Source: Candidatus Omnitrophota bacterium (lineage in GTDB: Bacteria > Omnitrophota > Gorgyraeia > JABMRG01 > JAFGKX01). From it: a DNA stretch of 64,000 bases. Each line of letters begins with the position of its first letter. Positions within the stretch are counted from its first letter, which is position 1. A model generated the notes under the pieces. The model had not been told where the DNA came from and made no database searches. It saw only the letters and a list, made by a program, of their open reading frames with translations. This document shows, one piece after another, positions 19,003 to 29,248 of the stretch. The stretch covers positions 23,340 to 87,339 of the forward strand of contig JAZDPX010000017.1 in the NCBI GenBank assembly GCA_043797125.1, read 5' to 3'. The position numbers were made by a program, and so were the translations under genes.

Positions 19003-20355
19003 ATGTTCTCGAAAATATTAATTGCAAATAGAGGCGAAATAGCCCTACGGATTATCAGGGCATGCAAAGAATTGGGCATCAGGACAGTCGCGGTTTATTC
19101 AGAGGCTGATGTGAATTCTCTGCATGTCAGATTCGCCGATGAAGCTATATGCATAGGCGCCGCTAAAAGTTCGGAGAGCTATCTAAATATCCCCTCGATT
19201 ATAAGCGCCGCGGAAATCACCGATGTCGAGGCTATCCATCCCGGCTACGGTTTTCTTGCCGAGAATGCCCATTTTGCCGAAGTCTGCCAGTCATGCCAAA
19301 TCAAATTTATCGGGCCGACTGTCGAAAACATGAAATTAGTCGGAGATAAAATGGCGGCAAAACAGGCAATGAAAAAGGCGGGCCTGCCTGTTATACCCGG
19401 AAGCGATTCCATTGTTAAAGACAAGGATGAAGCCTTAAAGATTGCAAAACGTATCGGTTACCCTGTAATTATTAAAGCAGCGGGCGGCGGCGGCGGAAGG
19501 GGTATGAGAATAGCGCATAATGACATACGCCTGGCAAGCGCATTTTATATGGCGCAAAGCGAGGCTGAATCAGCCTTTGGCCTGCCTGATGTTTATATCG
19601 AGAAATACGTTGATAAACCGCGCCATGTTGAATTTCAGATTCTGGCCGATGAACATAAAAATTTGATACAACTAGGCGAAAGAGACTGCACTGTTCAAAG
19701 ACGGCATCAAAAGTTGATAGAAGAATCACCCTCGCCTGCTGTTGACGCTAAATTACAGAAAAAGATGGGCGACGCTGTCATTAAGGCGATGAAAAACATC
19801 CGCTATGTAAATGCAGGCACTGTCGAGTTTTTGCTGAATAGAAAAGGCGAATTTTATTTTATGGAGGTAAACGCCAGGATCCAGGTAGAGCACCCTGTAA
19901 CGGAAATGGTAACCGGCATCGACCTTATTAAGGAACAGCTTAAAATAGCATCCGGTGAAAAATTAAGCATAAAGCAGGAGGACGTGCGTTTCTTTGGCCA
20001 TGCTATTGAATGTAGAATTAACGCGGAAGATTCGGATAATAAATTTATGCCGTCTCCCGGGCGCATAGAGACATACCACATCCCCGGCGGCAAGGGGGTA
20101 AGGGTGGATTCTCATGTATACGTTGGTTACGACGTGCCGCCTAATTATGACTCCATGATCGGCAAATTGATAGTGCACGGCAAAAACCGAAAAGAGGCTA
20201 TTAGCATAATGCAAAGGGCTCTCGACGAATTTATTATAGAGCCGATTAAAACTACGATACCTTTCCACAGGCGCGTATTTAATGACAAAATTTTTATAGA
20301 CGCTGACATACACACAGGTTATGTTGATAAACTAATCGGTGAACCGGAGGCTTAG
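19003..20355 (+). CDS. accC: Biotin carboxylase
   Basis: [39 protein letters not shown]; start moved to MFSKIL. Confidence 0.95.
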   Translation: MFSKILIANRGEIALRIIRACKELGIRTVAVYSEADVNSLHVRFADEAICIGAAKSSESYLNIPSIISAAEITDVEAIHPGYGFLAENAHFAEVCQSCQIKFIGPTVENMKLVGDKMAAKQAMKKAGLPVIPGSDSIVKDKDEALKIAKRIGYPVIIKAAGGGGGRGMRIAHNDIRLASAFYMAQSEAESAFGLPDVYIEKYVDKPRHVEFQILADEHKNLIQLGERDCTVQRRHQKLIEESPSPAVDAKLQKKMGDAVIKAMKNIRYVNAGTVEFLLNRKGEFYFMEVNARIQVEHPVTEMVTGIDLIKEQLKIASGEKLSIKQEDVRFFGHAIECRINAEDSDNKFMPSPGRIETYHIPGGKGVRVDSHVYVGYDVPPNYDSMIGKLIVHGKNRKEAISIMQRALDEFIIEPIKTTIPFHRRVFNDKIFIDADIHTGYVDKLIGEPEA

Positions 20356-20363
20356 CAAATCAT

Positions 20364-20750
20364 ATGTCTATGATTGAAAAGAAACGTAAAATGACCGATG
20401 TAGGCGATGTAAAAGTGCATAATGACGCAATTGTATCGATAACAAAAATCACTATTTCTAAAATCAGCGGCGTAGTCCGCATTAACAAAAGCGCGTTTAA
20501 GAATTTCCTTGAGATTATCGGCGCTGACAAGATGCTTAATATCGCCGACGGCATCAGGGTTGTGACTACAGAAAACGGCACAAAGATAGCTCTTGATATT
20601 GTGGTAGCGTACGGCGCTGACATTTCAGAGCTTGCATCCAGAGTGCAGGATGAGGTGCGCCAGGCTGTGGAACGCATGACAGGCATCACATCAGTAGAAG
20701 TTGATGTTAATGTAACTGGTGTCGAACCAGACACAGGAGGTAGCATATGA
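20364..20750 (+). CDS. Asp23/Gls24 family envelope stress protein
   Basis: G.V.V...I, IVVAYG..I......VQ..V..AVE.MTG..V.VDVNV. Confidence 0.85.
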   Translation: MSMIEKKRKMTDVGDVKVHNDAIVSITKITISKISGVVRINKSAFKNFLEIIGADKMLNIADGIRVVTTENGTKIALDIVVAYGADISELASRVQDEVRQAVERMTGITSVEVDVNVTGVEPDTGGSI

Positions 20751-21337
20751 GACCATTTCAAACATTAGCCATTATTTTTTATACTTTTATATTTATACTG
20801 ATCGGTGCAGGGCTTATCGCTGTTTCATGGGAGTTAATCACACTCCAGCAGGTAGAGGACCTGTATACAACGTATAACCTAGGCGCAAGCACGGGGATAG
20901 CCGGTATCGCTTTTATACTGATTGCATTGATTATTACGCATTTCACCTTTGGCGGCATTCAGAGGGAGAGGACAATAGCATTTAATACTCCTGACGGACA
21001 GGTGATTATCTCTCTTTCAGCAATAGAGAATTTTATAAAGCGCCTTGCTACCCAGACAGCTGAGATAAAAGATATGCGCTCAAACGTATTAGCGACAAAA
21101 AAGGGTGTTAATATATCAGCCAGGGTTTCTTTGTGGTCTGATGCGAATATACCGGATGTTACCGAAAGGATCCAGGGTTTAATTAAAAATAAAGTTCAGG
21201 ATATGCTTGGTATCGAAGAGCCGATAACAACAAAGGTGCATGTCGCGAAAATTGTTCATAGGGAGCCGCCTAAGTCAAAAAAGGTTTATGTTGAAGAAGA
21301 GGAGTCGTCCCCACAACCACCATATAGAAGCTTCTAG
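20747..21337 (+). CDS. amaP: AmaP-like alkaline shock response membrane anchor
   Basis: Two N-terminal TMs, G.V.IS..AIE, follows asp23. Confidence 0.7.
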   Translation: MRPFQTLAIIFYTFIFILIGAGLIAVSWELITLQQVEDLYTTYNLGASTGIAGIAFILIALIITHFTFGGIQRERTIAFNTPDGQVIISLSAIENFIKRLATQTAEIKDMRSNVLATKKGVNISARVSLWSDANIPDVTERIQGLIKNKVQDMLGIEEPITTKVHVAKIVHREPPKSKKVYVEEEESSPQPPYRSF

Positions 21338-21361
21338 GCGAGGAAAGGAAGGATATTAGAC

Positions 21362-22402
21362 ATGGCAAGCACAAAAAGGATCGCGTTACTTACCGGCGGC
21401 GGAGATTGCCCTGGTTTAAACGCGGTAATAAGGGCAGTTGTAAAAAAGGCATCCACATATGGTTTTGAGGCTATTGGTATTTTAGACGGCTGGAAGGGCC
21501 TGACGGAAAACAGGACAATGGCTTTAGATGAAAAAGCAATTTCAGGCATCCTTCAAAGAGGAGGCACAATACTAGGAACAAGCAGGTTTAATCCTTATAA
21601 GCAAAAAGAGAATATTGAAAAGATTAAAGCGAATTTTAGGAAACTTAAGCTCTATGCCTTAGTTGCTATCGGAGGAGATGACACTTTAGGCGTAGCTAAC
21701 AAACTTTTTTTACAGGAAAACCTACGCATGATTGGCGTGCCAAAAACAATAGACAATGACCTTTCAGCGACAGATTTCACATTCGGTTTTGATACCGCTG
21801 TCAATATAGCGACAGAGTGCCTTGACAGACTGCATACTACCGCCGAGAGCCATCATAGGGTTCTTGTTGTCGAGATTATGGGCAGGCATGCAGGATGGAT
21901 AACAATATACGCAGGTATCGCAGGCGGCGCGGACGTAGTACTTATACCAGAGTTCCCAATAGATATTGATGAGGTTGTAAAAAATATAAAATCAAGGCAG
22001 GCTAAAGGCAAAAGATTCAGCATAGTTGCGGTTGCAGAGGGCGCGAAATTTAAAACTGGCACGGAAGTCACTCAAATCAAAGAGCTTGATGCATTCGGTA
22101 ACGTACGCCTTGGCGGCATTGCACAGATGTTGGCAGATAAAATTCAAGACCTCACTAAAATCGAAACAAGGACAGTTGTGCTCGGGCATCTGCAGCGGGG
22201 CGGGACTCCTACCGCGGCAGACAGGGTGCTTAGCACAAGGTACGGCATAAAGGCCGCGGAACTTCTGCATGAGGGGAAGTTCGGGTATATGGTATGCTTA
22301 AAAGGGAATAAAATTACATCTGTAAAACTACAAAGGGCAGTTGCGAAGACAAAGACAGTCGACAGAGAACTGTATGAAATAGCGCAGGTATTCTCGGGGT
22401 GA
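21362..22402 (+). CDS. pfk: 6-phosphofructokinase, probably PPi-dependent (group III type)
   Basis: TGGGDCPGLN, GGDDT (Asp at the phosphoryl-donor position), PKTIDND, MGR. Confidence 0.88.
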   Translation: MASTKRIALLTGGGDCPGLNAVIRAVVKKASTYGFEAIGILDGWKGLTENRTMALDEKAISGILQRGGTILGTSRFNPYKQKENIEKIKANFRKLKLYALVAIGGDDTLGVANKLFLQENLRMIGVPKTIDNDLSATDFTFGFDTAVNIATECLDRLHTTAESHHRVLVVEIMGRHAGWITIYAGIAGGADVVLIPEFPIDIDEVVKNIKSRQAKGKRFSIVAVAEGAKFKTGTEVTQIKELDAFGNVRLGGIAQMLADKIQDLTKIETRTVVLGHLQRGGTPTAADRVLSTRYGIKAAELLHEGKFGYMVCLKGNKITSVKLQRAVAKTKTVDRELYEIAQVFSG

Positions 22403-22413
22403 GGTGACATAAG

Positions 22414-22983
22414 ATGGCAGACAAAATAACACAGATTATAAAAGACAGCATTGCGATAAAAGAGCAAATCCTTAAAACAATGGCGCCGGATATCCATAAA
22501 GTTTCCGACGCTATTGTTAAAAGCATAAAATCCAAGGGAAAGGTAATCCTTTTCGGAAACGGCGGCAGCGCAGCGGACTCACAGCATATAGCCGCGGAAT
22601 TTGTCGGGCGTTTTAAACTCGAGCGCAGCGCGCTGGCAGCCTTGGCATTGACAACCAATACCTCAACGCTGACATCCATAGGCAACGATTACGGATACGA
22701 GGAAATATTTTCCAGGCAGGTTGAGGCCTTAGGCAATAAAGATGATATTGTAATAGCAATTTCTACAAGCGGAAATGCAAGAAATGTCATTGCCGGAATG
22801 CTTGAGGCGAAGAAGCAAAATATAAAAACCGTCGCTATGACCGGCGAAGACGGCGGCCAACTAGCGCCGCTTGCTGATATATCTTTGCTTATCCCATCAT
22901 CAAATACCGCGCGCATCCAGGAAGCGCATATTTTAATCGGCCATATTATTTGCGAGATTGTAGAAGATAAATTATTCGGTTAG
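22414..22983 (+). CDS. gmhA: D-sedoheptulose 7-phosphate isomerase
   Basis: GNGGSAADSQH, STSGN, IQEAH. Confidence 0.93.
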   Translation: MADKITQIIKDSIAIKEQILKTMAPDIHKVSDAIVKSIKSKGKVILFGNGGSAADSQHIAAEFVGRFKLERSALAALALTTNTSTLTSIGNDYGYEEIFSRQVEALGNKDDIVIAISTSGNARNVIAGMLEAKKQNIKTVAMTGEDGGQLAPLADISLLIPSSNTARIQEAHILIGHIICEIVEDKLFG

Positions 22984-22994
22984 AAAGGCTTTTT

Positions 22995-23477
22995 GTGAAT
23001 ACCTGTAAAATTATAAAACCAGAACAGCTTAAAGGGATAATTTCCGCTCATAAAAAAAACGGCAGGAAAATAGCCTTTACAAACGGCTGCTTTGACCTGC
23101 TTCACCCGGGTCATGTCAGCTACTTGACAGCTGCAAAAAAACGGTGCGACATCCTGATCGTTGCCTTAAACACAGATTCGTCGATTAGGCAAATTAAGGG
23201 TGATTTAAGGCCCATCATGAAGCTGGCGGACAGGCAAAAAGTTGTGGCAGCCCTGGAGGCTGTTGATTATGTAACATCATTTCCGCAAAAAACACCTCTA
23301 AAATTGATAAGCGAGCTTAAGCCTGATTTCGTAATAAAGGGCGGCGATTGGAAGGCGAAAGATATAATAGGCGCTGATATTGTAGCTTGCTATGGGGGCA
23401 AGGCTATAAGCGTAAATTACAAAAATGGCTACTCAAGCAGCGATATAATAAGAAAAATTGTTCAAAGACATAGATAA
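22995..23477 (+). CDS. rfaE2: D-glycero-beta-D-manno-heptose 1-phosphate adenylyltransferase (HldE C-terminal/RfaE2-like)
   Basis: FTNGCFDLLHPGH, LNTDSS, KGGD; next to gmhA. Confidence 0.88.
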   Translation: MNTCKIIKPEQLKGIISAHKKNGRKIAFTNGCFDLLHPGHVSYLTAAKKRCDILIVALNTDSSIRQIKGDLRPIMKLADRQKVVAALEAVDYVTSFPQKTPLKLISELKPDFVIKGGDWKAKDIIGADIVACYGGKAISVNYKNGYSSSDIIRKIVQRHR

Positions 23478-23901
23478 ACAAAAAATCCTAAGAATAATAG
23501 ACGCAAATTTAAACCGCACGCGCGAAGCCTTAAGAGTATGCGAGGATATATCCAGGTTTATTCTTGAAGATAAAAGAATATCCCGCAGGCTCAAATTAAC
23601 CAGGCAAAAGGTATTTACGGTAATAAGAGATTCGGGCCTTGACTATTTAAAAATTCTTGAAAACCGAAACTCCGTCGACGATGTAGGAAAGCGCACTACA
23701 GCTGCAGAAAGCACAAGGGCTAACTGGCAGGCTGTCTTTCTTGCAAACATCGAAAGGGCGAAAGAGGCGGCGCGCGCGCTAGAAGAATTTTCAAAAATCA
23801 TAAATAAGGAATTAGCGCAGCGTTTTAAAAGAATACGCTTCACAATTTATGACATCGAAAAAGAAACTATTATCAGGTATAAGTCTTTATCCCGTACTTG
23901 A
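23458..23901 (+). CDS. ThiD2-like helical protein (stand-alone N-terminal domain of long-form ThiE)
   Basis: RIIDANLNR.RE.LRV.ED..RF, AN..RA.EA.R.LEE.SK, RF..Y..EK. Confidence 0.8.
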   Translation: MFKDIDKQKILRIIDANLNRTREALRVCEDISRFILEDKRISRRLKLTRQKVFTVIRDSGLDYLKILENRNSVDDVGKRTTAAESTRANWQAVFLANIERAKEAARALEEFSKIINKELAQRFKRIRFTIYDIEKETIIRYKSLSRT

Positions 23902-24508
23902 TATAACAAGCCAAAAACAGCAACAAGCTCTTTTGAATAAAACCCGAAGCGCCTTGAAAGCAGGTATTAAGATATTGCAATTAAGGTGCAAGCGCTTTGA
24001 TGACTCATCTTTTCTGGATTTAGCTCATTGCCTAAGGCGCCTCACAAAAAATTTTGGCGCGGCTTTTATTGTTAATGACAGGATAGACATAGCCAAGCTC
24101 AGTAAAGCTGACGGGGTGCATTTAGGCCAAGATGATTTACCGGCAGCTTTCGCGCGTAAGATTTTGGGAAAAAAAGCTATTATAGGTAAATCCGCATCTA
24201 CCATAGGGCAGGCAATTGTGGCGCAGGACGATTTAGTAGATTATATAGGTTTTGGCCCGATTTTTAATACAAAGACCAAGAAAAACCAAAGCGGAGTCGG
24301 CTGCCTTCCTTTAAAACAACTGGCAGAAGAAATAAAAATCCCGGTTTTTGCAATAGGCGGCATAGATCAGAAAAATCTTGATATGGTTCTTTGCGCCGGC
24401 GGCAAAAGAATAGCTGTCTCAAGAGCCGTTTTCTCGAAACATAATATCCAAAAAACGGTTAAGGCTTTAAATTTAAGGCTTTCAAATGACACAATTAGAT
24501 TTCGCTAG
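23849..24508 (+). CDS. thiE: Thiamine-phosphate synthase
   Basis: QLRCK, IVNDRID, GVHLGQDD, GPIF.TKTK, AIGGI. Confidence 0.92.
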   Translation: MTSKKKLLSGISLYPVLDITSQKQQQALLNKTRSALKAGIKILQLRCKRFDDSSFLDLAHCLRRLTKNFGAAFIVNDRIDIAKLSKADGVHLGQDDLPAAFARKILGKKAIIGKSASTIGQAIVAQDDLVDYIGFGPIFNTKTKKNQSGVGCLPLKQLAEEIKIPVFAIGGIDQKNLDMVLCAGGKRIAVSRAVFSKHNIQKTVKALNLRLSNDTIRFR

Positions 24509-25754
24509 AGACAATAAGGTAACCGCGCTTATGAAAACAGCGTCTAAGGATGAGTCTGCCGGTGCGGAATTCATCAGGCGCGGTATTGCGAAAGGCAATA
24601 TAGTGCTGCCTGCCAATAAAAACCACCGTAATTTAAAAAAACCCTGCGCTATCGGTAGCGGTGTTTCCACAAAAGTTAACGCGAATATAGGCACCTCTGA
24701 AGCAGTTAATGACATCTCGTTAGAATTGAAAAAACTGCAGGTTTGTATAGAATATAAAGCGGATACGGTAATGGACCTTAGCACGGGAAAAAACCTTTCT
24801 TTAATTAGAAAAAAGATGCTTGCCAACTCGACCATCCCGCTGGGCACGGTTCCGATATACCAAACAGCAAGCGAGTTTATCAATAATGGAAAGGATATCG
24901 CAGATATTTCTGTCGAAGACATGTTTGACGTCGTGGAACAACAGGCAAAAGAGGGGGTCGATTTTTTTACAATTCACGCTGGGGTCACAAAGTCATCTGT
25001 CAAAGTGCTTGAGCAAAACAAGCGCTTAACCGGAGTGGTAAGCCGCGGCGGCGCGATAATGATGAAGTGGATTAACGCGAATAAAAAGGAAAATCCTTTT
25101 TTTAAATATTTTGACAGGCTGCTATGCATCTTGAAAACATATGACGTCACATTGAGTTTAGGGGACGGGCTGCGCCCGGGCTGTATCGCTGACGCGACAG
25201 ACAAGCCGCAGTTAAAGGAACTTTCCATTCTCGGCAGCTTAACGAAACGCGCCTTTAAGGAAGGCGTCCAGGTGATGGTCGAAGGGCCAGGGCATATTCC
25301 GATTAACGAGATCAAAAGAAACGTGGATATACAAAAAAAGCTCTGCAATGGCGCGCCATTTTACGTATTAGGCCCGTTAGTCACTGATATCGGATGCGGA
25401 TATGACCATATCACCTCAGCAATAGGCGGCGCTCTGGCAGCAAGTTTTGGCGCTGATTTTTTATGTTATGTCACTCCTTCGGAACATCTGGGGCTGCCCA
25501 GCGTTGAAGATGTCAAAGAAGGCATAATCGCGGCACGCATAGCTGCCCATGCGGCCGACATAGCTAAAAACATACCAAATGCCGACAGAAAAGATTACAG
25601 GATGTCAAAACTTCGCAAGCAAAGAAAGTGGAAACAGCAGATAGGGTTATCGTTTGACCCGAAGCGATCAGAAAAAATTTTTTCAAGGCTAAAGACAGAC
25701 ACAAAGGACGTTTGCAGCATGTGCGGCGATTTTTGTCCGATGAAGGCAACATGA
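24486..25754 (+). CDS. thiC: Phosphomethylpyrimidine synthase
   Basis: KVNANIGTS, MDLSTG, SRGG, GDGLRPG, EGPGH, CSMCGDFC. Confidence 0.96.
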   Translation: MTQLDFARDNKVTALMKTASKDESAGAEFIRRGIAKGNIVLPANKNHRNLKKPCAIGSGVSTKVNANIGTSEAVNDISLELKKLQVCIEYKADTVMDLSTGKNLSLIRKKMLANSTIPLGTVPIYQTASEFINNGKDIADISVEDMFDVVEQQAKEGVDFFTIHAGVTKSSVKVLEQNKRLTGVVSRGGAIMMKWINANKKENPFFKYFDRLLCILKTYDVTLSLGDGLRPGCIADATDKPQLKELSILGSLTKRAFKEGVQVMVEGPGHIPINEIKRNVDIQKKLCNGAPFYVLGPLVTDIGCGYDHITSAIGGALAASFGADFLCYVTPSEHLGLPSVEDVKEGIIAARIAAHAADIAKNIPNADRKDYRMSKLRKQRKWKQQIGLSFDPKRSEKIFSRLKTDTKDVCSMCGDFCPMKAT

Positions 25755-26650
25755 AGCTTTTGATAGTTGGTACTATAGCGTTTGATACTATAGAGACCCC
25801 ATTCGGGAAAAACATAAATGCCTTAGGCGGGTCAGCAACTTATGCGGCTTTAAGCGCCTCATATTTTACAGACGTAAAAATTATAAGTATTATTGGCAAC
25901 GATTTTCCCGAAAAACACATACGTTTATTCAAAGCAAAAGACATCGATGTATCGGGAATACAAATAAAAACAGGTAAAACCTTTAGGTGGGAAGGCAGCT
26001 ACCTAAAGGATTTAAATTCCGCCCAGACAATAGCGACCCATCTTAACCTGCTGGCTGAATTTGACCCGAAATTAACTATCGACGATAAAAAAAGCGCTTT
26101 TTGCCTGCTTGCAAATAATGATCCTGACCTGCAATTAAGAATCATTAAAGAATTGATTTCACCAAAAATGATTGCGGCGGATACGATTGAATTCTGGATA
26201 AGGCATAAAAGGGGCAAGCTCCTTGAGGTGATGAGGCAAGTTGACATGCTGATAATTAATGATAGCGAGGCCAAGCTTCTCGCAAAAGAAAAAAACCTTA
26301 TCGAGGCTGCGAAGAGGCTCACAGCTATGGGCGCCAAAGGCCTAATCATAAAAAAAGGCGAGCATGGCCTGTTGCTTGCCCATAAAAACAGCCTTACGCT
26401 ATGCAGCGCGTACCCTGTCCAAAGGGTATGCGACCCAACCGGCGCAGGAGATAGTTTTGCGGGCGGATTCCTTGGTTTTCTGGCAAGCCAAAAACGCTTA
26501 GACGCCAAGGCCTTCAAAAAGGCTCTAATTTACGGAACTATAATGGCATCATATAATGTTGAAGGTTTTGATATTAAGGTTTTATCGAAGCTGAACAAAA
26601 GGCTCATTGAGAAAAGATGCAGAGAGTTTAGAAGGCTTATATGGGTTTAG
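25751..26650 (+). CDS. PfkB-family carbohydrate kinase
   Basis: GGSATY, KKGEHG, DPTGAGDSFAGG. Confidence 0.9.
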   Translation: MKLLIVGTIAFDTIETPFGKNINALGGSATYAALSASYFTDVKIISIIGNDFPEKHIRLFKAKDIDVSGIQIKTGKTFRWEGSYLKDLNSAQTIATHLNLLAEFDPKLTIDDKKSAFCLLANNDPDLQLRIIKELISPKMIAADTIEFWIRHKRGKLLEVMRQVDMLIINDSEAKLLAKEKNLIEAAKRLTAMGAKGLIIKKGEHGLLLAHKNSLTLCSAYPVQRVCDPTGAGDSFAGGFLGFLASQKRLDAKAFKKALIYGTIMASYNVEGFDIKVLSKLNKRLIEKRCREFRRLIWV

Positions 26651-26709
26651 TCCCTCCAATGCTCCCATAAGGTCGCATTGTCGGGACAAAATTTGCTTCG
26701 CAAATTTTG
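26651..26709. repeat. Twin-hairpin intergenic repeat, copy 2, abutting tRNA-Gly
   Basis: ATGCTCCCATAAGGTCGCATTGTCGGGACAAAATTTGCTTCGCAAATTTTG matches 4823-4872. Confidence 0.85.
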
Positions 26710-26782
26710 CGGGTGTGATTCTATGGTATAATGAAAGCTTCCCAAGCTTTACACGGCGGTTCGATTCCGCTCACCCGCTCCA
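26709..26782 (+). tRNA. tRNA-Gly(CCC)
   Basis: Acceptor GCGGGTG/CACCCGC, anticodon arm AAAGC-TTCCCAA-GCTTT, GGTTCGATTCC T-arm, encoded CCA; D-arm atypical. Confidence 0.88.
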
Positions 26783-26931
26783 CGAACCACTCACAAAAAT
26801 TTCTTGTGAAATTTTTGTTCGGGTTCGTGGCAGGCCATTATAAATTTTGTGAGTGGTGAAGTGCCCCGTACCTGAGGAAGCCCTGAACCTGAACAAAGTG
26901 AATGGTTCAGGGCTGACGAATGGTTCGGGGC
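26780..26931. repeat. Cluster of nested palindromes downstream of the tRNA
   Basis: CCACGAACC..ACAAAAATTTC/GAAATTTTTGT..GGTTCGTGG; alternative ACCACTCACAAAA/TTTTGTGAGTGGT; GCCCTGAACC/GGTTCAGGGC inside GCCCCG/CGGGGC. Confidence 0.7.
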
Positions 26932-26945
26932 AAAATAAGCAAATT

Positions 26946-27617
26946 ATGAAACTCATAGTAATATTACTTATATCCATAACCTTGACAGGTTGCGCAACAG
27001 CGCCAAGAGTCGTGACTCAAACACCCCTTCCGCATGCTGGCGAAAACGGCATTTATCATGAAGTCGCGCTAGGGGAGACAATCTGGCGCATAGCAAAATC
27101 CTATAATGTGGATGTCGCAGCAATAGCAAGGGTAAACCGGCTACAAGATACTGCAAAAATTGAGGTTGGCCAGAAGCTTTTCATACCTTTGGAAAAAATT
27201 GAATATGACATTCCGGAACAGGATATTGCTGATATTCCAAGCGAGGCAGGCTTTATCTGGCCGGTTAAGGGCAGGGTTATATCGTACTTTGGCCAAAAAA
27301 GACATAACGCTGTAAATGACGGCATTGATATATCATCATCGGATGGTGAATTGGTAGTAGCCTCAAAAGACGGGGTTGTTACTTTTTGCGACGATAAAGT
27401 GAAAGGTTTTGGCAAAACAGTTATAATTGATCATGAGAACGGCTATTCAACAGTTTACGCATATAATTCCCTGAATTTAACCAAGGCCGGAGACAGGGTA
27501 AAACAAAACCAGCCAATAGGCAAGGTAGGCAAGTCATCAAGGTCTGATAATTACGCGCTTCATTTTGAGATCAGAAAAAGACAAAAGGCAGTAAACCCGT
27601 TTTATTATTTGCCATGA
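26946..27617 (+). CDS. LysM + M23 (NlpD-like) lipoprotein with degenerate zinc site
   Basis: Lipobox LTGC; LysM (HEV..GETIWRIA); WPVKG, NDGIDI (His lost), YAYN, LHFEIR. Confidence 0.85.
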   Translation: MKLIVILLISITLTGCATAPRVVTQTPLPHAGENGIYHEVALGETIWRIAKSYNVDVAAIARVNRLQDTAKIEVGQKLFIPLEKIEYDIPEQDIADIPSEAGFIWPVKGRVISYFGQKRHNAVNDGIDISSSDGELVVASKDGVVTFCDDKVKGFGKTVIIDHENGYSTVYAYNSLNLTKAGDRVKQNQPIGKVGKSSRSDNYALHFEIRKRQKAVNPFYYLP

Positions 27618-29248
27618 GTATATTCAGTAATCCGGTAACGCATGAAAAATTTTTCGGCAGAGAAAAGGAACTCGCCTTCCTCGACAAAAAGGTCAATGAC
27701 CTTAAGAGCGGCTATAGGCACAATGTCGCGATTTTAGGCAAAAGGCTTATCGGAAAAAGCTCGCTTTTATTGGACTTTCTTTTAAGCATTGATGACCCGA
27801 GCGTGCTGCCTGTGTATTTAGATTTATCAGCGCTTACCTTTAATAACTTTCTCGATCAATTTATAGGCATGTTGTTATATAACAATTTCAAGGCCCAGAT
27901 ACCGGCTGACACAAAACCCCATTTGCAGACGCTTATAGACGCTTATGGCCCGTCTATTCCAAAGACGCACAAAAAAATCAAGGTTTTATACGCGCATTTA
28001 AAGAGGCAGGATCAAAAACAAGCCTATGATGATCTTCTGGATTTGCCGGGTTGCTTATCATCTGAAACAGGCAAGTTTTGCGTTATAGCGCTTGATAACT
28101 TTAGCAAACTTTCAGATTATGCAATAGCGGACCCATATTCTGTTTTGGGCGAGAAGGCAATGCTGCAAAAGATGAGCTTGTATATACTTTCCGGCTACCA
28201 AAATGCCGATTCGATGAACATACTTTCTGAAAAACTGGCTTTGCTTTTCGGAAAATTCCATATAATCAACCTTGAGGCATTCAGCGCTTTAAAGTCATTG
28301 CAGTTTATAAACTCAAGACTCAAACACCTGCAGGTGCCTGTAGAGTTAAAACAATTCCTTGTTTATTTAACTAACGGTGAGCCTTTCTATCTAGATATCC
28401 TGACTCGGGAAATATACGCAAAAATTACGCAATCCGCGCAAGTTGTAATAGAACCGGAAAATTTTTATAATATAATTTCGGAATTTATATTCTCTGAATC
28501 TTCCGTCGTAAATCAGTTTTTTTCGATTCTAATAGAAAGGTTTTTTGAGGAATCCGACGCAAAGACCGCGCTCAAGGTTTTAAACGCGGTCCTGCTAAAT
28601 AATAACATATCCGACATAACAAAAGCCGCCGCCGCGCCCAAGACAGTAGCATCCAAAATTTTAGAAAGGTTTACACAGCAGAATTTAGTTGTTAAAAACG
28701 GCCCTCTATTCACCATAGAAGATGAAATATTTAAATTATGGATAAAATCCAAAATTATTAAGTCCTCTGCCAGGCTGAAGCTTACACAGCACGAATATAA
28801 CGATAGTTTCCAAAAAGAAGTAATCGGCCAAATTGATACATACAATAAAGAAGCTCGAAAGCTTAATAGCAATAAAATTTTGAACTTGGTTTCAGCTTTT
28901 GGCAATGAAAAATTAACTGTAGGCAAGAGAACTCATATCCTGCCGATGTTTAAACACGTAAACACAGAAAATATTAACCAGGAAGGCTTTTTTGTTTCTG
29001 CGCATGGGAGTAAGCTGTGGATATTTTCCGTTTTTAGAAAACAAATTGCAGAAGATGATATTCTGGACTTCATTAATTATTGCAAAAACCAGAAACATAA
29101 AGTCAGCAGAAAGGTTTTGATAGTGTTGAATGACATAACCCCGGAAGCCAAGCTTCTTGCCTTGGAAGAGCGCATGTGGATCTGGTCCCTTAATGAATTA
29201 AACGCTCTTTTAAATTTATACGGCAAACCAAAAATGGCGGACTTATGA
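27614..29248 (+). CDS. AAA+/archaeal-ATPase-like P-loop protein with winged-helix and C-terminal alpha/beta domain
   Basis: FFGREKEL, GKRLIGKSS (Walker A), IALDNFS (atypical Walker B), TNGEPFYL. Confidence 0.7.
   Translation: MSIFSNPVTHEKFFGREKELAFLDKKVNDLKSGYRHNVAILGKRLIGKSSLLLDFLLSIDDPSVLPVYLDLSALTFNNFLDQFIGMLLYNNFKAQIPADTKPHLQTLIDAYGPSIPKTHKKIKVLYAHLKRQDQKQAYDDLLDLPGCLSSETGKFCVIALDNFSKLSDYAIADPYSVLGEKAMLQKMSLYILSGYQNADSMNILSEKLALLFGKFHIINLEAFSALKSLQFINSRLKHLQVPVELKQFLVYLTNGEPFYLDILTREIYAKITQSAQVVIEPENFYNIISEFIFSESSVVNQFFSILIERFFEESDAKTALKVLNAVLLNNNISDITKAAAAPKTVASKILERFTQQNLVVKNGPLFTIEDEIFKLWIKSKIIKSSARLKLTQHEYNDSFQKEVIGQIDTYNKEARKLNSNKILNLVSAFGNEKLTVGKRTHILPMFKHVNTENINQEGFFVSAHGSKLWIFSVFRKQIAEDDILDFINYCKNQKHKVSRKVLIVLNDITPEAKLLALEERMWIWSLNELNALLNLYGKPKMADL

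Noticed and set aside
20364-21337. Asp23-AmaP pair in a diderm as a novelty
   Set aside because: The accB-accC-asp23 gene order is a familiar arrangement; nothing here suggests a new function.
26607-26945. ORF 26607-26843 and the N-terminal extension of the LysM/M23 ORF
   Set aside because: They overlap the tRNA and palindromes; the lipoprotein signal begins at 26946.
26946-27617. Inactive M23 site as a novelty
   Set aside because: Degenerate LytM domains are the norm for NlpD/EnvC-type amidase activators.
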